Below are positions 35,707 through 52,619 of a stretch of 64,000 bases of DNA, in pieces. Position 1 is the stretch's first letter. Each line of letters starts with the position of its first letter. Below the pieces are notes generated by a model. That model was not told the DNA's origin and searched no databases. It worked only from the letters and a program-made list of their open reading frames with translations. The position numbers were made by a program, and so were the translations under genes. The DNA is taken from positions 378,757-442,756 of the forward strand of contig JAPDFW010000022.1 in assembly GCA_028826165.1 (NCBI GenBank). Direction: 5' to 3'. The DNA comes from Anaeramoeba ignava BMAN. Taxonomy: Eukaryota > Protista > Anaeramoebae.

Positions 35707-38700
35707 TCAATTCTTCAAATTAGAAAGTCGAGTAAGATACTTGAAAGAATCAGAAAATATTATCTTTAAGATATAAGAATCACTACAAACTTCAATTTTT
35801 TCTTTAATTCTTTGATCAATTTTCTCAAAAAGTTCTGGATCAGAAAGTAAACTATAAATATATTCCAAAGAAACTTCAAGTTGGTGATTATCAATAGGAA
35901 CAGATTCAAACATAGTTTCCAATCTAGTATTTCTATTTTCAAGATCAACAATATCAATTGGAATTTCACAAAACTCATAATCAATATGATGATCCGAATT
36001 CTTATTTTTTCCAAAAATCCTTTTACTTTCTTCAACAACTCCCAAACACACAATTTGATCTCCAATTTGCAAATCAAGTTTTTCGGATGATTTACTCATC
36101 TTGATTTCAAAACAAGGTTGAAGTAATTTATCCATAAAAGCTTTTGTCACAGGAATCATCATTTCAAGCAAATTATTCAAAGGAGACATTGGAGATTTTT
36201 CATCAAATAACGCTCCGTTCGCAATGCCTTGAATTATTTTGGAAATCAAAATGAGTGATCTTCGGGAATCTTTTGAAGGTGGTTCGGGAACTAATCCAAA
36301 TACTTCAGGTGTGACAATTGCAGGGCAAATGAACCGAAGGAAAACTAATCCTGAAATAATAAGATGCCGCGAATTGGGGAATTTTTGAGATGTAATTTCG
36401 AATACTTTTCTTGCCAACTCTCGAAGAACAACTGGGAAATAATAAATTGATTGTAATATTCCATTCAATATCACTTGAGAATATTGGATCAATTTATTGA
36501 TATTCTCCTCAATTTTTCCTGAATCTGTATTTTCATCAGGATAAATTTCAAGTGCTTGACCCATTTCAATCACATTTTTAATGCATTCCTTAATTGACAT
36601 TTCCAGAAAATGTTTTCCATAAATTGCAAAAAATTCGGATATAATTTTTATTGCCATACTTTTTCCTCGAAATAAAACTGTATCAGTGAATGTCATTTCA
36701 ATTTCCTTTTGAATAAGTTTTTCCATCAAAGGAAGAATTGGTTGTTGTGCAAACTCAAATATGAATATCAAATTTTTGCAAAGAAGTCCCATATCCGAAA
36801 TATCAATCTCCTCAAACAAACTTAACGGTAAAATCATCTGTTTCAATAATAATATTACCAATAGTGAATCTTTTTCTTTTTGTGTTAAACCATTTGTATT
36901 TTCGTTTTGTTTTTTTGCTGCATTTGTCTTTGAGTTTTGTTTTGTTTTAGATTTAGATTTTGATTTAGATTTTATTTTTATTTTTGATTTTGTTTTTGAT
37001 TTTGGGCTTAAATTTAAATTTGAATTTGAATTTGAATTTGAATTTGGATTTGGATTTTGTTTTTGTTTTTGTTTGGATCGTGATTTAATAATACTACTCA
37101 ATCCAAATCTTGATTTTTTCTCATTATTTGATTTTTTTTGTTGCTTTTCTTTTTGTTCAATTTTAAAATCTTGGATTCTTAATGGAAAAATTATATCAAT
37201 TTTTTCGAAATTGAAAGAAATTATTTTTCCATTTTCAATTAAATTAATTCTTCCATCTGAAATTTGTTGAAAATTTGCAATTTCCATCCATTCCCAATTT
37301 TTTTCAACTATGTTACTATCATCGTTGTCATCATCATCATCATCTTCATTATTATTATTATCATTATTATCATTATTATCTTTATTATTATCATTATTTT
37401 TCTTTTTTAGATTGGAAATTCTATTAATATATGCGCGTGGATTATTATCATCATTTTTTCCAAGTTTATATCTTAATAAATAAGAAAGAACAACTTTTCT
37501 CCAATTTTCAAGATGAATTAAATGATTTGATTGATTCATATATTGTTTGATTATTATTTCTTGCTCTTTTGAATCGGAAGAAAAGAATTCGTTTTGATAG
37601 AATATATTACTCATTTCTTCCAGTTTGATTTTAGAATTTTTGATTTGAGAATTTAACCAACTTCTAATTTTCATGAGTAATTGACAGGAATTTCTCCCGA
37701 AATCCAAAATTTGGTTGCTAAATAAAGAATCGATTGAAATGGGAAAATATTGGAATAATAAAACGGTTTCAAAAAGAGTGATAATTTTATGTGTGTCATC
37801 ATCCCTAATGCATCCAATTTTGGTATTTTTTTTATCTTGGATAATTTCAAAGGCATTATTTGTTGTTTCTTTTTCGATTTTGAAAGGAATATTTGTTCGA
37901 ATCGAGAATTGATTTAGTTTGAGAGACTTCAATAATTTGTATTGGAATTTATCATTGAAAAAATCAGCACTATTATCATGTATTCTCATCCAGACCTTTT
38001 CGAATGTTGTGTTTCCGAATTTTTTATAAGGGGCATAGTAAACATATCCTTCAAAATAAACAGGAGAAGCTGCAGAGCTAATGTCAAAGTGGGGGAACTT
38101 ATTGTAAACAAATTGGAGGAGAGTATTTTGATGGAATGACAATATTTCTGGTGTGGGTATGTGGATATTCTTATTGAAAACAAGACCTTCTTGATTTTCT
38201 GGGATTGAATCTTTAAAAGGAGATGCAAGTAGAAAATGACTTGAACTTTCTGTATTGGAAAACTTGTCTTTCTTGATATTTCTTAAATACCCTTTATTTA
38301 GCATAAACCATTTTCCTTGAGGATATTCCAGATACAGTAAATTATTAAGGGATTTTTGTTTTTGTTGTTGTTGCTTTTGTTTGTATATTTGTATTTCAAT
38401 TCCGCTTGGTTTTTGAGAGTAGCCAAATAAAGTATTTGGATGTTTTTCAGGAAACTTGCAAATTCGATTCTGGATATTTTGTATAAGATTCTGTTTTTCC
38501 AAATTTCTAATTGGGAAATGCGTTTATAAGCAATCTCGAGTTGATTTTGAAGGGAAATGTAAGAAAATTGGTCATATTCTTGATAAACCTCAAGTAGATT
38601 TTCAAATCCGATATTTTCTTCTTCTTGTCTTTGTATTTCGGATTCTATCCAATGATAAATATTGTAAAAAAAGGAAAGAAGCTTTTTTTGTTTCATATAA

Positions 38701-41700
38701 TAAATACTACTGAGTGGATGAGGAATTAAATTGAACAAAGAGACAAAATTTCGGACCATCTGGATATGATCAACCCAACGATCCAAATCACGTTCATTCA
38801 TTGAAGTCAAATAAATTTGAGAATTAAGTAGTTTCAAGTGAATAAAATATTTGTAATTTCCGCCTAATTCTCCATCATAATTATCACTATATCTGTATTT
38901 AGAATGATTATTTTGGATATTTTTATCTTCATTATTTTTGTTTGTGGAAGAGATAGTGTTTTCATTATATCCATTATATCCATTAATAAGTGATATATCA
39001 AGCGATGTTTCTTGGAAAGAAACTTTTTTCACAACCAAATATTTTCGCAAATCAACAATTCTTGCTGGATATTTTGATGTGTTAGACAAATAAAAGCATA
39101 AAATCCATCCTCGAAGAACAATATACCAAATTTCTTTTCTTTTGTTTGCAATCAACAAAAGGTTTCCTTTATAAAATACTGGAATATTTAATAAATCTTG
39201 ACTATTTTCGTTTTGCCATTTATGGAAAAAATCAATAGCAATTTTCACAGCAATATTTTGCTTTTTTGTATTAAGATCAATTGAATAAGGATTTGTAAAT
39301 AATTTAATTGAAAATTTTCTTTCTTCATTATTATCATCTTCATTATTTAATAATTTTTGATTTTCAAAAATGTTAATATTCATTAAACGGTTTTTTTGTA
39401 CAAATTCTAAAGGATCGTCTTGTTGAATTTCTTCAATTTGAGAATTATCATTCTGGATATCATCTTTATAATTTTGATCTTTTTCAATATTATCAATATT
39501 ATTATTGTCATTATCATTTTCTATTTGATTTCCGTTTTCACTTTGAAAAGAATTATCTTCATTGAAATTTTCGAATTTAATTTCATTTTCTATTTCATTT
39601 TCTATTTCATTTTCTATTTCATTTTGAATTTGATTTTGATTTTGAATTTGATTTTGAATTTGATTTTCATTTTCATTTTGAATTTGATTTTGATTTTGAT
39701 TTTGATTTTGAATTTGATTTTGAATTTGATTTTGATTTTGATTTTGATTTTTATTTTCATTTTGATTTTCATTTTCATTTTCATTTTCATTTTCATTTTC
39801 ATTTTCATTTTCATTTTGAATTTCAATTACGTTCTCTTTTTCTTGTGTAATAATTTCTGGAAATTTTTCTTTTGGAGGAGTAAAGGGTATTGTAGTTGAA
39901 TTTGAGCGAGATTTATTTTCTGAATGATAAGGAAGTTGAAAATTTTCTTTATATTTTTCATCTCTAGTATAAAAACTTTTGAATTTTTTATGCTTATTAA
40001 CTTTTGGATTTTTTTGATTTTTTATATTTTGCGTATTTTGGAAAATAATTGGAGAACAAGGATCAACAATTTCTACTTTATTAGCAGGTATTTTACCTTG
40101 TTCTCCATTTTCTTTTTGAACAACCCACATTGTTTCTTCAATATCAATTAAAGTTAAAAACTCATTTTCGTAAGTTTGCAATTCATCCGAATTTTTTGGT
40201 TGATAATTTTCCAAACAAAACACTCTTCTTCTAGAATCTGAATCATCATGAATTAACAAACGAGAAAGTCTTGATAAAAGTAACTTGCGAAAATTTTGCA
40301 AAAAAGAAATCCAATCACGACTTTTTGCGATTTGTTCTTCTAAAGAAATTGGTTCGTTATATAGATTTGGATTCATTAATTTTGAATGAAGATTAGATTC
40401 CTGAAGAAATTCCTTCTCAAGCCAAGATATGAGTTTCAAATATCGAGATTTGAATTGTATGATTGAATCTCTTTGAAGAAATAAAGGTTTTTTCAGAACA
40501 TTAACGAAGTTTCTTCCGATATAAAATACATTAAGCCAAGATTTCAGTTGGTCGATTGTATCGAATCCAAATATCCATTCATGAGAATTTCTGATCACAA
40601 GCCTTAGACAGTATTTTGATTCAACAATTTCTGAAGGTTTTTCGATTGATTCCAAAGCGAAAAACGATGTAGAAAATTTAGGAGGAACAAGAACATCTTT
40701 TCTTTGAGAAAAAATGCAAATATCCCAACCGTTGATTATAAGCCATTTTTTGCTCCATTTTTTGAATGAGAATTGTCTGAATGACTCTGATTTCAAATAA
40801 GCAGAGCCTTCGTGGAAAATTGGGAGCATTTTGATAATTTGGTAGTCATTATTGATATCGGAATGAGAATTATTTGGATTATCAAAGACAGTATTGTTTT
40901 CATTGGAAAAAACAGAGGGATAATCGCTGTGGAGGATGTCAAGAGGCTCCAAAGAAGATGGGCGCGGATTGAACAAGTAGCTTTTTTTAGCGCGAGAAGT
41001 GGAGAAGACTAAAAAGTTGTCTGTTTGATCAAGTTGTTTCATATCCCACCCAATTTCTGAGTGTGATTTGAGGGTTTCTTCAGATGGTTTTGTTATTTCG
41101 ACGATCTCGACATAATCAGTTTTAACATCTCCAATTTTATCTCCAATTTGAGCCTTCAACCAAGAATCTACTGGGTTGCATATTAGAATCATCCATTGAC
41201 CCTTTTTGTATGAAAGTTCGTTTTTGTTTTTTGATTTATAAGAATTTAGCGCAAATATTCTTGTTCTATAATCGTTGGGTTTTTCAATCAAGCGAGATGC
41301 CTCATTTCCCAGAAGTTTTTTCTTCCAATTCAAAAGGGATTGTTTTTTTGCGGGTTCTTGAGAGGTGTAGAGTTTCTCCATTTGATACATCCATTCAATT
41401 ATCAAAATCAGTTGTTTTGTTCTTCTTTTTGGTAATGAATCTGCTGAAGAGTGCAAGTTTATCAGGCTTGAATTGGTTTGGGTATCAAATTCAACAAGTA
41501 ATTGCATGCCATGGAAAATGGAAAGCCATTCTTTCAATTGCTGTTCGGTTTCGACAGCAAATATTCGCTGTTCGTTTTTGTTAAAACGAATGAAAAAACT
41601 GAATTGTGGATGTTTTTTGCTTGAGGTGATCACGGTTTGTGTGGATATAATTTTGCGAGTGTCGATGGCGAAAATGGGCTCGGAAAGTTTTTTGTCAGAA

Positions 41701-44700
41701 AAAGAGCCGAAGAACCAACCGCGAAAAACAAACCAAAACGTTTCCCATTCATTTTCTGTGTTCAAAGACTGCAAATAACCGCTTTTTTGCAGAGGAAAAA
41801 TTTGCATTCTTTGTTCGTCATCAATAACATTTTGGATCAAAGATTTGGCGATACTTGACTGGCTAAATTGCTTCAGATCGTCAGTTTGGCAGATGGACAA
41901 TTTGTGGCCATTTTTTATTTTATCGAGAATATGCTCAATTTGGATGCCGAATTGATATTTGGGTTTTTCGCAGTTTTTGGGACAAGAAACGATTATTTGA
42001 GTTGCAGGCGGAACAATAATGATTTTGGATCTTGGAATCAATCCAGTCATTCCTCCAATTGATGCCTTGAGATACTTCTCGTTTTCTTCTTCTAAATTTG
42101 TGAACCACTGTCTGGAAACAAAGGAAAGCTCGTTTTGGTTCGATAAAGAGATGTTGGAAGTCAATGAATAAGCGATTTCGGTTTCTGTTATTCTTGGAAA
42201 ATTGAACCGCGCAGAAATCCCCAACAAATACAAATGAATGCTTCTTATTACGGATATCTGGTTCTGCGTCGCAATGATTTTTTGGCGGATAAACAGGATC
42301 TGATTCGAGAGATTGTTTTCCTTTTGCTGTTTTTGTGATAAGGAAAAATCTCGGAAATTTTCAGTTGGTTTTTTGATTAAAGATTTAAAAGGTTTTTTAT
42401 TGGTGGTTTTCTTGTGATGATCCGTTGGCGGTTTGTCATGGAAACTGAGGTTTTTTGCTTCCCATCCTGTATTGAGATGCTGTTTTTTTGCTGTTTGATA
42501 TTTGGCAAGTTTTGCTTCCAAATTTTGATATTTGTCAGCAACTTGTTTATGTTGAGAAAATATTTCCTCGATCCAAAAAATCATATTTTCAACTTCGCTT
42601 TCGTAAAACGCTCTCTTATTGTTTTGCACTGCGCCTCGCGAGAATATGTTTGATAAAGAGAACAAAGAAACGAGTTTATCGAAGTGGCCGATCCATTTGT
42701 CCATTGATTGCTTATCCGAAGCACACAGATAAAGTGTGGAACTGTTCAATATGATCTGGAAAGCAAATTGAATGCCTAATTTGGATTCTGCGCTTGTAAT
42801 TGATCGTATCTCTGCAATGTGGAACGATCTTTTTGCCATAGGATCTTCTTTCGAATCAAACGCAAGAATATGAAAATTCGAAACAGCAAACCATTTTGGT
42901 GTCCAAATAACCGATTTTCCTTTTTTTTCTTGAACTAGCAAATCTCCTTCAAAAAAAACGTCAAATTGATCAAATATGAATTTTTGTGAGGGTTTAAAAA
43001 ATTTTTTGGAAGAGTTGAACTGGTCAATAGTTGAATTAGAGTTTATTTGCTGATTTGTGAGTTCTCCGTAAGTTGATTCCTCAATGAAGTTTGGGATCAA
43101 AAGAAGCATGTTGTTTGGGGAAAACCAACCAGCAACACCATTAATTTCGCCGAACCATTCGTCGTCTTGGTATACTTTGAGGATGCGGATGAGATCGAAT
43201 TTGGAGTAAACAAGATGATCCTTGAGTTGGTGATTTGGGCTTTTTTGGTGGCATATGACAAATTGGTTTTCTGTTGTGTAAAATTGGGAATGTGTTTTGT
43301 AGAGGCAGCCTATCACAAACATTTCCCATGAAGAAATGGCTTCGAGAAGATTTTGGCAGGAAATAAGTGTTTGGTTTATTTCGGCCATTTTGGACGAAGT
43401 AAGTTGCCGTTGTGGCGCTTTGTTTTCTTGTGGAATCAATCGCGAGAAATGCGATTTTGTTTTATTCACATCTTCTTTTAAGAAATCCAAATAAGAAAGA
43501 ATGAGCTTTAATAACGGAATATCTGTCTGGTCGTTAATTCGCAGAATGGTTGCCAGAAAAACCTGTGATAATTTAATTGTGATGATCCATTCGTTTGCTT
43601 CGTCTTCGCTGTTTGCCTTGAAAAAATAGACTCTTGATGTTGTTCCGACTTGAAACACATTTTGTTTTTTGAGTCTTTCATTGTCTGTTCTAACAAAAAT
43701 GATTTGGTGTAAATTGATTGATCCTCGTGGTTCATTTGGATTTTCATTGAATGTTGATTCGTTGTTGTAATAATTCAGTGTGCTCTTGGTTAAAACTAAG
43801 TATCTTTTTTGCCATGTTGTTTTTTGCCAATTTTTTCGGCTTTTTCGATATTTGTAAACAATTGATTTTTTTTGGATTGGGATATTTTCTAGTGATTCTT
43901 GTTGGATTTTGGATAAAAAGAAAAAGGAAGGAAATTGGACTGGTGTTAAATTGAATGAATTTGTTTGAATTTTTTCTTTTTTGGGAGTGGAAAAATTTGT
44001 TTGGATTGATTTTTTAAGTTTTGTTTGGTTGAATTGCAATGTTGATACAATTTGTGTATTTTGTGGATTAGTTTCTCTTTTTTGTTGTTGAATTTTGTGA
44101 ATTAATAAAGTATTTGTAGTTATTTTGACATAATTACCTTTTTAATTTTTTTGAAGAAATTTGATTTAATTTAATTTATAAATGATTTGGAAATTGATTT
44201 AATTTAATTTATAATTTTATTTATAATTTTATTTATTATTTTATTTATAATTTAATTTATAATTTTGTTTATAATTTTATTTATAATTTTATTTATAATT
44301 TTATTTATAATTTTATTTATAATTTTATTTATAATTTTATTTATAATTTAATTTATAATTTTATTTATAATTTAATTTATAATTTTATTTATAATTTTAT
44401 TTATAATTTTATTTATAATTTAATTTATAATTTTATTTATAATTTGTTTATAATTTTATTTATAATTTTATTTATAATTTTTATTTATAATTTAATTTAT
44501 AATTTTTATTTATAATTTTGTTTATAATTTTATTTTATAATTTTGTTTATAATTTTATTTATAATTTTATTTATAATTTAATTTATAATTTTATTTATAA
44601 TTTTATTTTATTTATAATTTTATTTATAATTTTATTTATAATTTAATTTATAATTTAATTTATAATTTAATTTATAATTTTATTTATAATTTTATTTATA

Positions 44701-47561
44701 ATTTTATTTATAATTTTATTTATAATTTTATTTAATTTATAATTTTATTTATAATTTTATTTATAATTTTATTTATAATTTAATTTATAATTTTAATTTA
44801 TAATTTTAATTTATAATTTTAATTTATAATTTTATTTATAATTTTATTTATAATTTAATTTATAATTTAATTTTATAATTTAATTTATAATTTAATTTAT
44901 AATTTAATTTATAATTTTATTTATAATTTTAATTTATAATTTAATTTATAATTTAATTTATAATTTTAATTTATAATTTAATTTATAATTTTATTTATAA
45001 TTTAATTTATAATTTAATTTATAATTTAATTTATAATTTTAATTTATAATTTTATTTATAATTTAATTTATAATTTAATTTATAATTTAATTTATAATTT
45101 TATTTATAATTTTATTTATAATTTAATTTTTATTTATAATTTAATTTATAATTTTATTTATAATTTTATTTATAATTTTATTTATAATTTTGTTTATAAT
45201 TTTATTTATAATTTAATTTATAATTTAATTTATAATTTAATTTATAATTTAATTTATAATTTTGTTTATAATTTTATTTATAATTTAATTTATAATTTTA
45301 TTTATAATTTTATTTATAATTTTATTTATAATTTTATTTATAATTTTATTTATAATTTTATTTATAATTTTAATTTATAATTTTATTTATAATTTTATTT
45401 ATAATTTTATTTATAATTTAATTTTATTTATAATTTAATTTTAATTTTATAATTTTTTATTTTATTTATAATTTTAATTTATAATTTTATTTATAATTTT
45501 ATTTATAATTTTATTTATAATTTTAATTTATAATTTTATTTATAATTTTATTTATAATTTTATTTATAATTTTAATTTATAATTTTATTTATAATTTTAT
45601 TTATAATTTTATTTATAATTTTATTTATAATTTTATTTATAATTTTATTTATAATTTTTTATTTAATTTATAATTTTATTTATAATTTTATTTATAATTT
45701 AATTTATAATTTTATTTAATTTTTTTATTTATTTTTTTATTTTAATTTTATTTATAATTTTATTTATAATTTAATTTATAATTTTATTTATAATTTTATT
45801 TATAATTTTAATTTATAATTTTATTTATAATTTGTTTATAATTTTATTTATAATTTTGTTTATAATTTTATTTAATTTAATTTATAATTTTATTTATAAT
45901 TTTGTTTATAATTTAATTTATAATTTTAATTTATAATTTTGTTTATAATTTTGTTTATAATTTGTTTATAATTTTATTTATAATTTAATTTATAATTTTG
46001 TTTATAATTTTATTTATAATTTTATTTATAATTTTGTTTATAATTTTAATTTTATTTATAATTTTATTTATAATTAATTTATAATTTTTAATTTATAATT
46101 TTGTTTATATTTTAATTTTATTTATAATTTTATTTATAATTTAATTTTATTTTATATTTTTAATTTATTTTTTAATTTATAATTTATTTTTATTTATAAT
46201 TTTAATTTATAATTTTGTTTATAATTTTGTTTATAATTTAATTTATAATTTTGTTTATAATTTAATTTATAATTTTATTTATAATTTTATTTATAATTTT
46301 ATTTATAATTTTATTTATAATTTTGTTTATAATTTTGTTTATAATTTTGTTTATAATTTTATTTATAATTTAATTTATAATTTTGTTTATAATTTTATTT
46401 ATAATTTATTTATAATTTAATTTATAATTTTATTTATAATTTTATTTATAAATTTTATTTATAAATTTATTTATAATTTTGTTTATAATTTTATTTATAA
46501 TTTATTTTATAATTTAATTTATAATTTAATTTATAATTTTATTTATAATTTAATTTATAATTTTGTTTATAAATTTTATTTATAATTTTGTTTATAATTT
46601 TATTTATAATTTTGTTTATAAATTTGTTTATAATTTAATTTATAAATTTGTTTTATAATTTAATTTATAAATTTGTTTATAATTTTAATTTATAAATTTA
46701 TTTATAAATTTGTTTATAATTTTATTTATAATTTTATTTATAATTTTATTTATAATTTTATTTATAATTTTGTTTATAATTTTATTTATAATTTTATTTA
46801 TAATTTTATTTATAATTTTTATTTATAATTTTGTTTATAATTTTGTTTATAATTTTATTTATAATTTAATTTATAATTTTGTTTATAATTTAATTTATAA
46901 TTTTGTTTATAATTTTGTTTATAATTTTGTTTATAATTTAATTTTTGTTTATAATTTAATTTATAATTTTGTTTATAATTTTGTTTTATAATTTAATTTA
47001 TAATTTTATTTATAATTTTATTTATAATTTTATTTATAATTTAATTTATAATTTTATTTATAATTTAATTTATAATTTTATTTATAATTTTATTTATAAT
47101 TTTGTTTATAAATTTGTTTATAAATTTATTTATAAATTTGTTTATAAATTTATTTATAAATTTGTTTATAAATTTATTTATAATTTTGTTTATAATTTTG
47201 TTTATAAATTTGTTTATAAATTTATTTATAATTTTGTTTATAATTTTGTTTATAATTGAATGAAAAAAATTCACAATTCAAATCTCAAATCTTTTCAAAT
47301 TTATTTTGGATTTATTAATAGAATAACAATTTTAAATTTTTGATGTTTTTCCTTTTTTGAATAAAAGAAATTTTTTAATTGTTTTGGAAAAATGAAGAAA
47401 TTACGAGGAAAAAATCCATTCTCTTTTGTCATTAAAGAAGTTCCATGCCATAACTTTTCATTTTTATTTGTAATTTTGATGACTTCACCTCTTCTAAAAG
47501 AAAGATGAGATGGAAAAGTTGAAAAATAATCAAATAATGCAACTCCTTGTTCATAAATCAT
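35707..47561 (-). CDS. Giant SH3-(PH-HR1-like-SH3)n-RasGAP protein; probable exon 1 at ~47561-47275, ~3.1 kb repeat intron, exon 2 ~44137-35707 with a frameshift near 38355
   Basis: RasGAP motifs VLFRGKS, FLRFICPAIVTPEVFGL, RRSLILISKIIQGIAN; PH motifs WQKRYLVL and FFKANSEDEANEWI; SH3 motifs ALFDY..LSFRRGE, ELSYKKGQW. The link to the 47301-47561 SH3 exon is inferred and needs indels. Confidence 0.8.
44190..47256. repeat. 11-12 bp TTTATAATTT(TA/AA/TG) minisatellite, probably intronic
   Basis: Directly visible. Confidence 0.95.
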
Positions 47562-47790
47562 TATATTTTTTTAAATCAAAATAATATTATTTATAATTAT
47601 TATAAATTGGATTAAATTATTTTTTATTATTTGATGAATGAAAAAAAGAATTGAGAATAATAAAAAAAAAATGAAAAAAAAATTTTATTTTGTTTTTATT
47701 TTTTTCATTTTTTTTTTATTAATTTTTTTTTATTATTATTTATTTAATTAAAATGATAAAAAAAAATTAATAAAATTAAAATTATTTTAA

Positions 47791-47858
47791 TTGAGGCTTT
47801 CAAGGGGTTAAAATATCTCAAAGTTTCACAATTTTAATCAGTGTATCCTCATAGATTT
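47791..47858 (+). ncRNA. Candidate single-hairpin H/ACA-like (AGA-box) pseudouridylation guide RNA
   Basis: Lower stem TGAGG(47792-96)/CCTCA(47847-51); upper stem GGTTAAAAT(47806-14)/ATTTTAATC(47831-39); pocket CTTTCAAGG / AGTGTAT; AGA at 47853-55, 13 nt from the pocket top. The 5' pocket strand is complementary to conserved SSU CUUUGAAA. Confidence 0.6.
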
Positions 47859-47928
47859 TTATTATTTTAATTAATTAAAAAAAAAAAAAAAAAAGATTTT
47901 TTTCCATTTATTTTAAAAAAAATTTTTT

Positions 47929-48255
47929 TCATTTCTTATTTGGACAAGAAAATTTTTCACCATATCTAACATGGCAACCACATCCTCCCCACATGTTCTC
48001 ATAAGTTTCTAATCTATCCTTTATTAAATCATCTACATCTTGTTGAGTTTCCAAAGTTCGAATCCAATAAAAATCTTCTAAAGAATCATATTCTTCTATT
48101 AAAAATAATGATTCTATTTTCCACACTTTAATATCTCCTGAAAGTGATGTATCAACTACTTTTATTGGTTCTCCTAATTCTGTGGATAATTTTTGTTCTT
48201 CTGTTTCTGTTAATTTTAATGGAGTGATTTCTTTTAATTTTTGAATAAATTCCAT
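47929..48255 (-). CDS. Small intronless uncharacterised protein with C-terminal RLETYENMWGGCGC motif, prokaryote-like
   Basis: 108-aa ORF with ordinary composition and an A-rich ATG context. The motif resembles bacterial hypothetical proteins (from memory, not searched). Confidence 0.7.
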   Translation of the reverse strand: MEFIQKLKEITPLKLTETEEQKLSTELGEPIKVVDTSLSGDIKVWKIESLFLIEEYDSLEDFYWIRTLETQQDVDDLIKDRLETYENMWGGCGCHVRYGEKFSCPNKK

Positions 48256-49019
48256 TTTTTATTTTTTAATTATTTTTTTAATTATTTTTTAAAAAGAAAA
48301 ATGAAAAATTAATTAGAAAAATTTTTTTATATTTTTTTTTTTTTGGATTGATTAATTATAAATAAAAATAAATAATAATAATAATAATAATAAGAAAGTA
48401 ATTAAAAAATTATCCCTTTTTTAAACCACGTGTTAAAATAATATTTTTTAATTCAATTTAATTAAATTTTTATTATTATTTTATTTTTATTAAATTAATT
48501 TGCCATCTTTTATTTTATTTTCTTTTTTTTATATAATCAATTTTTTAAAATAAAAATTAAATTGGATCTAAAATAAATTTCTTTCTTTCTTTCTTTTTAA
48601 AGTTTTAATTTCTTTTTTTTTTTTATTTTGTCAAATTTTATTATTTAAAAATGATCAAAAATTAATTAAAAAATTTTTATTGATCAAATTCAATTAAAAT
48701 TTTTTTTAAAAAATAAAAAAAAAGAAAATCAATTTAAAGTAAATAAATTAATTTAAAATAAAAAATCTAAATTAATTTTTAAATTGAAATAAATTAAAAT
48801 AAATTGAAATAAATTGAGAACAAAGAAAGAAAAAAAAAAGGCAAAAAAAAAGAAAAGAAATTTTCAAATTATTCAATAAACAAAAGATTAATTTAGTAAT
48901 TTATTTTAATTTTAATTTTAAAATCAAAATAATTCAAAAACCTTTCCATTTTTTTTTTTCATTTTTTATTTTTTTTCATTATTTCTTTTTTATATTCAAA
49001 TAATTAAATTATAAAAAAT

Positions 49020-52387
<3,368 letters not shown>

Positions 52388-52619
52388 TTAGAAAAAATAA
52401 TTTTTTTAAAATATTTTTTATTAAGAAGAAAATTATTTTTTTTTCAATCAATTCAAAAAATAATTTTTTATTGTTCTCTCTTTTATTTTTTTTGGTCTAT
52501 TGACCAGCTTTAGCTTTGTCAATAAACTTTTGCAAAACCTTTTAAAAAAATTTTTAATTTTTTAATTTTTTTCATTTTTTTCATTTTTTTCATTTTTTTC
52601 ATTTTTTTCAACTAAATAA

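Noticed and set aside
47790-47855. Hammerhead-like (CTGATTA...GAAAC), SECIS-like (ATGA...AAA) or TPP-like (TGAGA...CCCTTGAA) reading on the minus strand
   Set aside because: Each lacks required stems or core bases; the G-U pairs and the rRNA match favour the plus-strand guide hairpin.
48427-48432. CACGTG E-box (also TGACGT at 57634-57639)
   Set aside because: Single hexamers in divergent promoter regions; plausible but unsupported without enrichment data.
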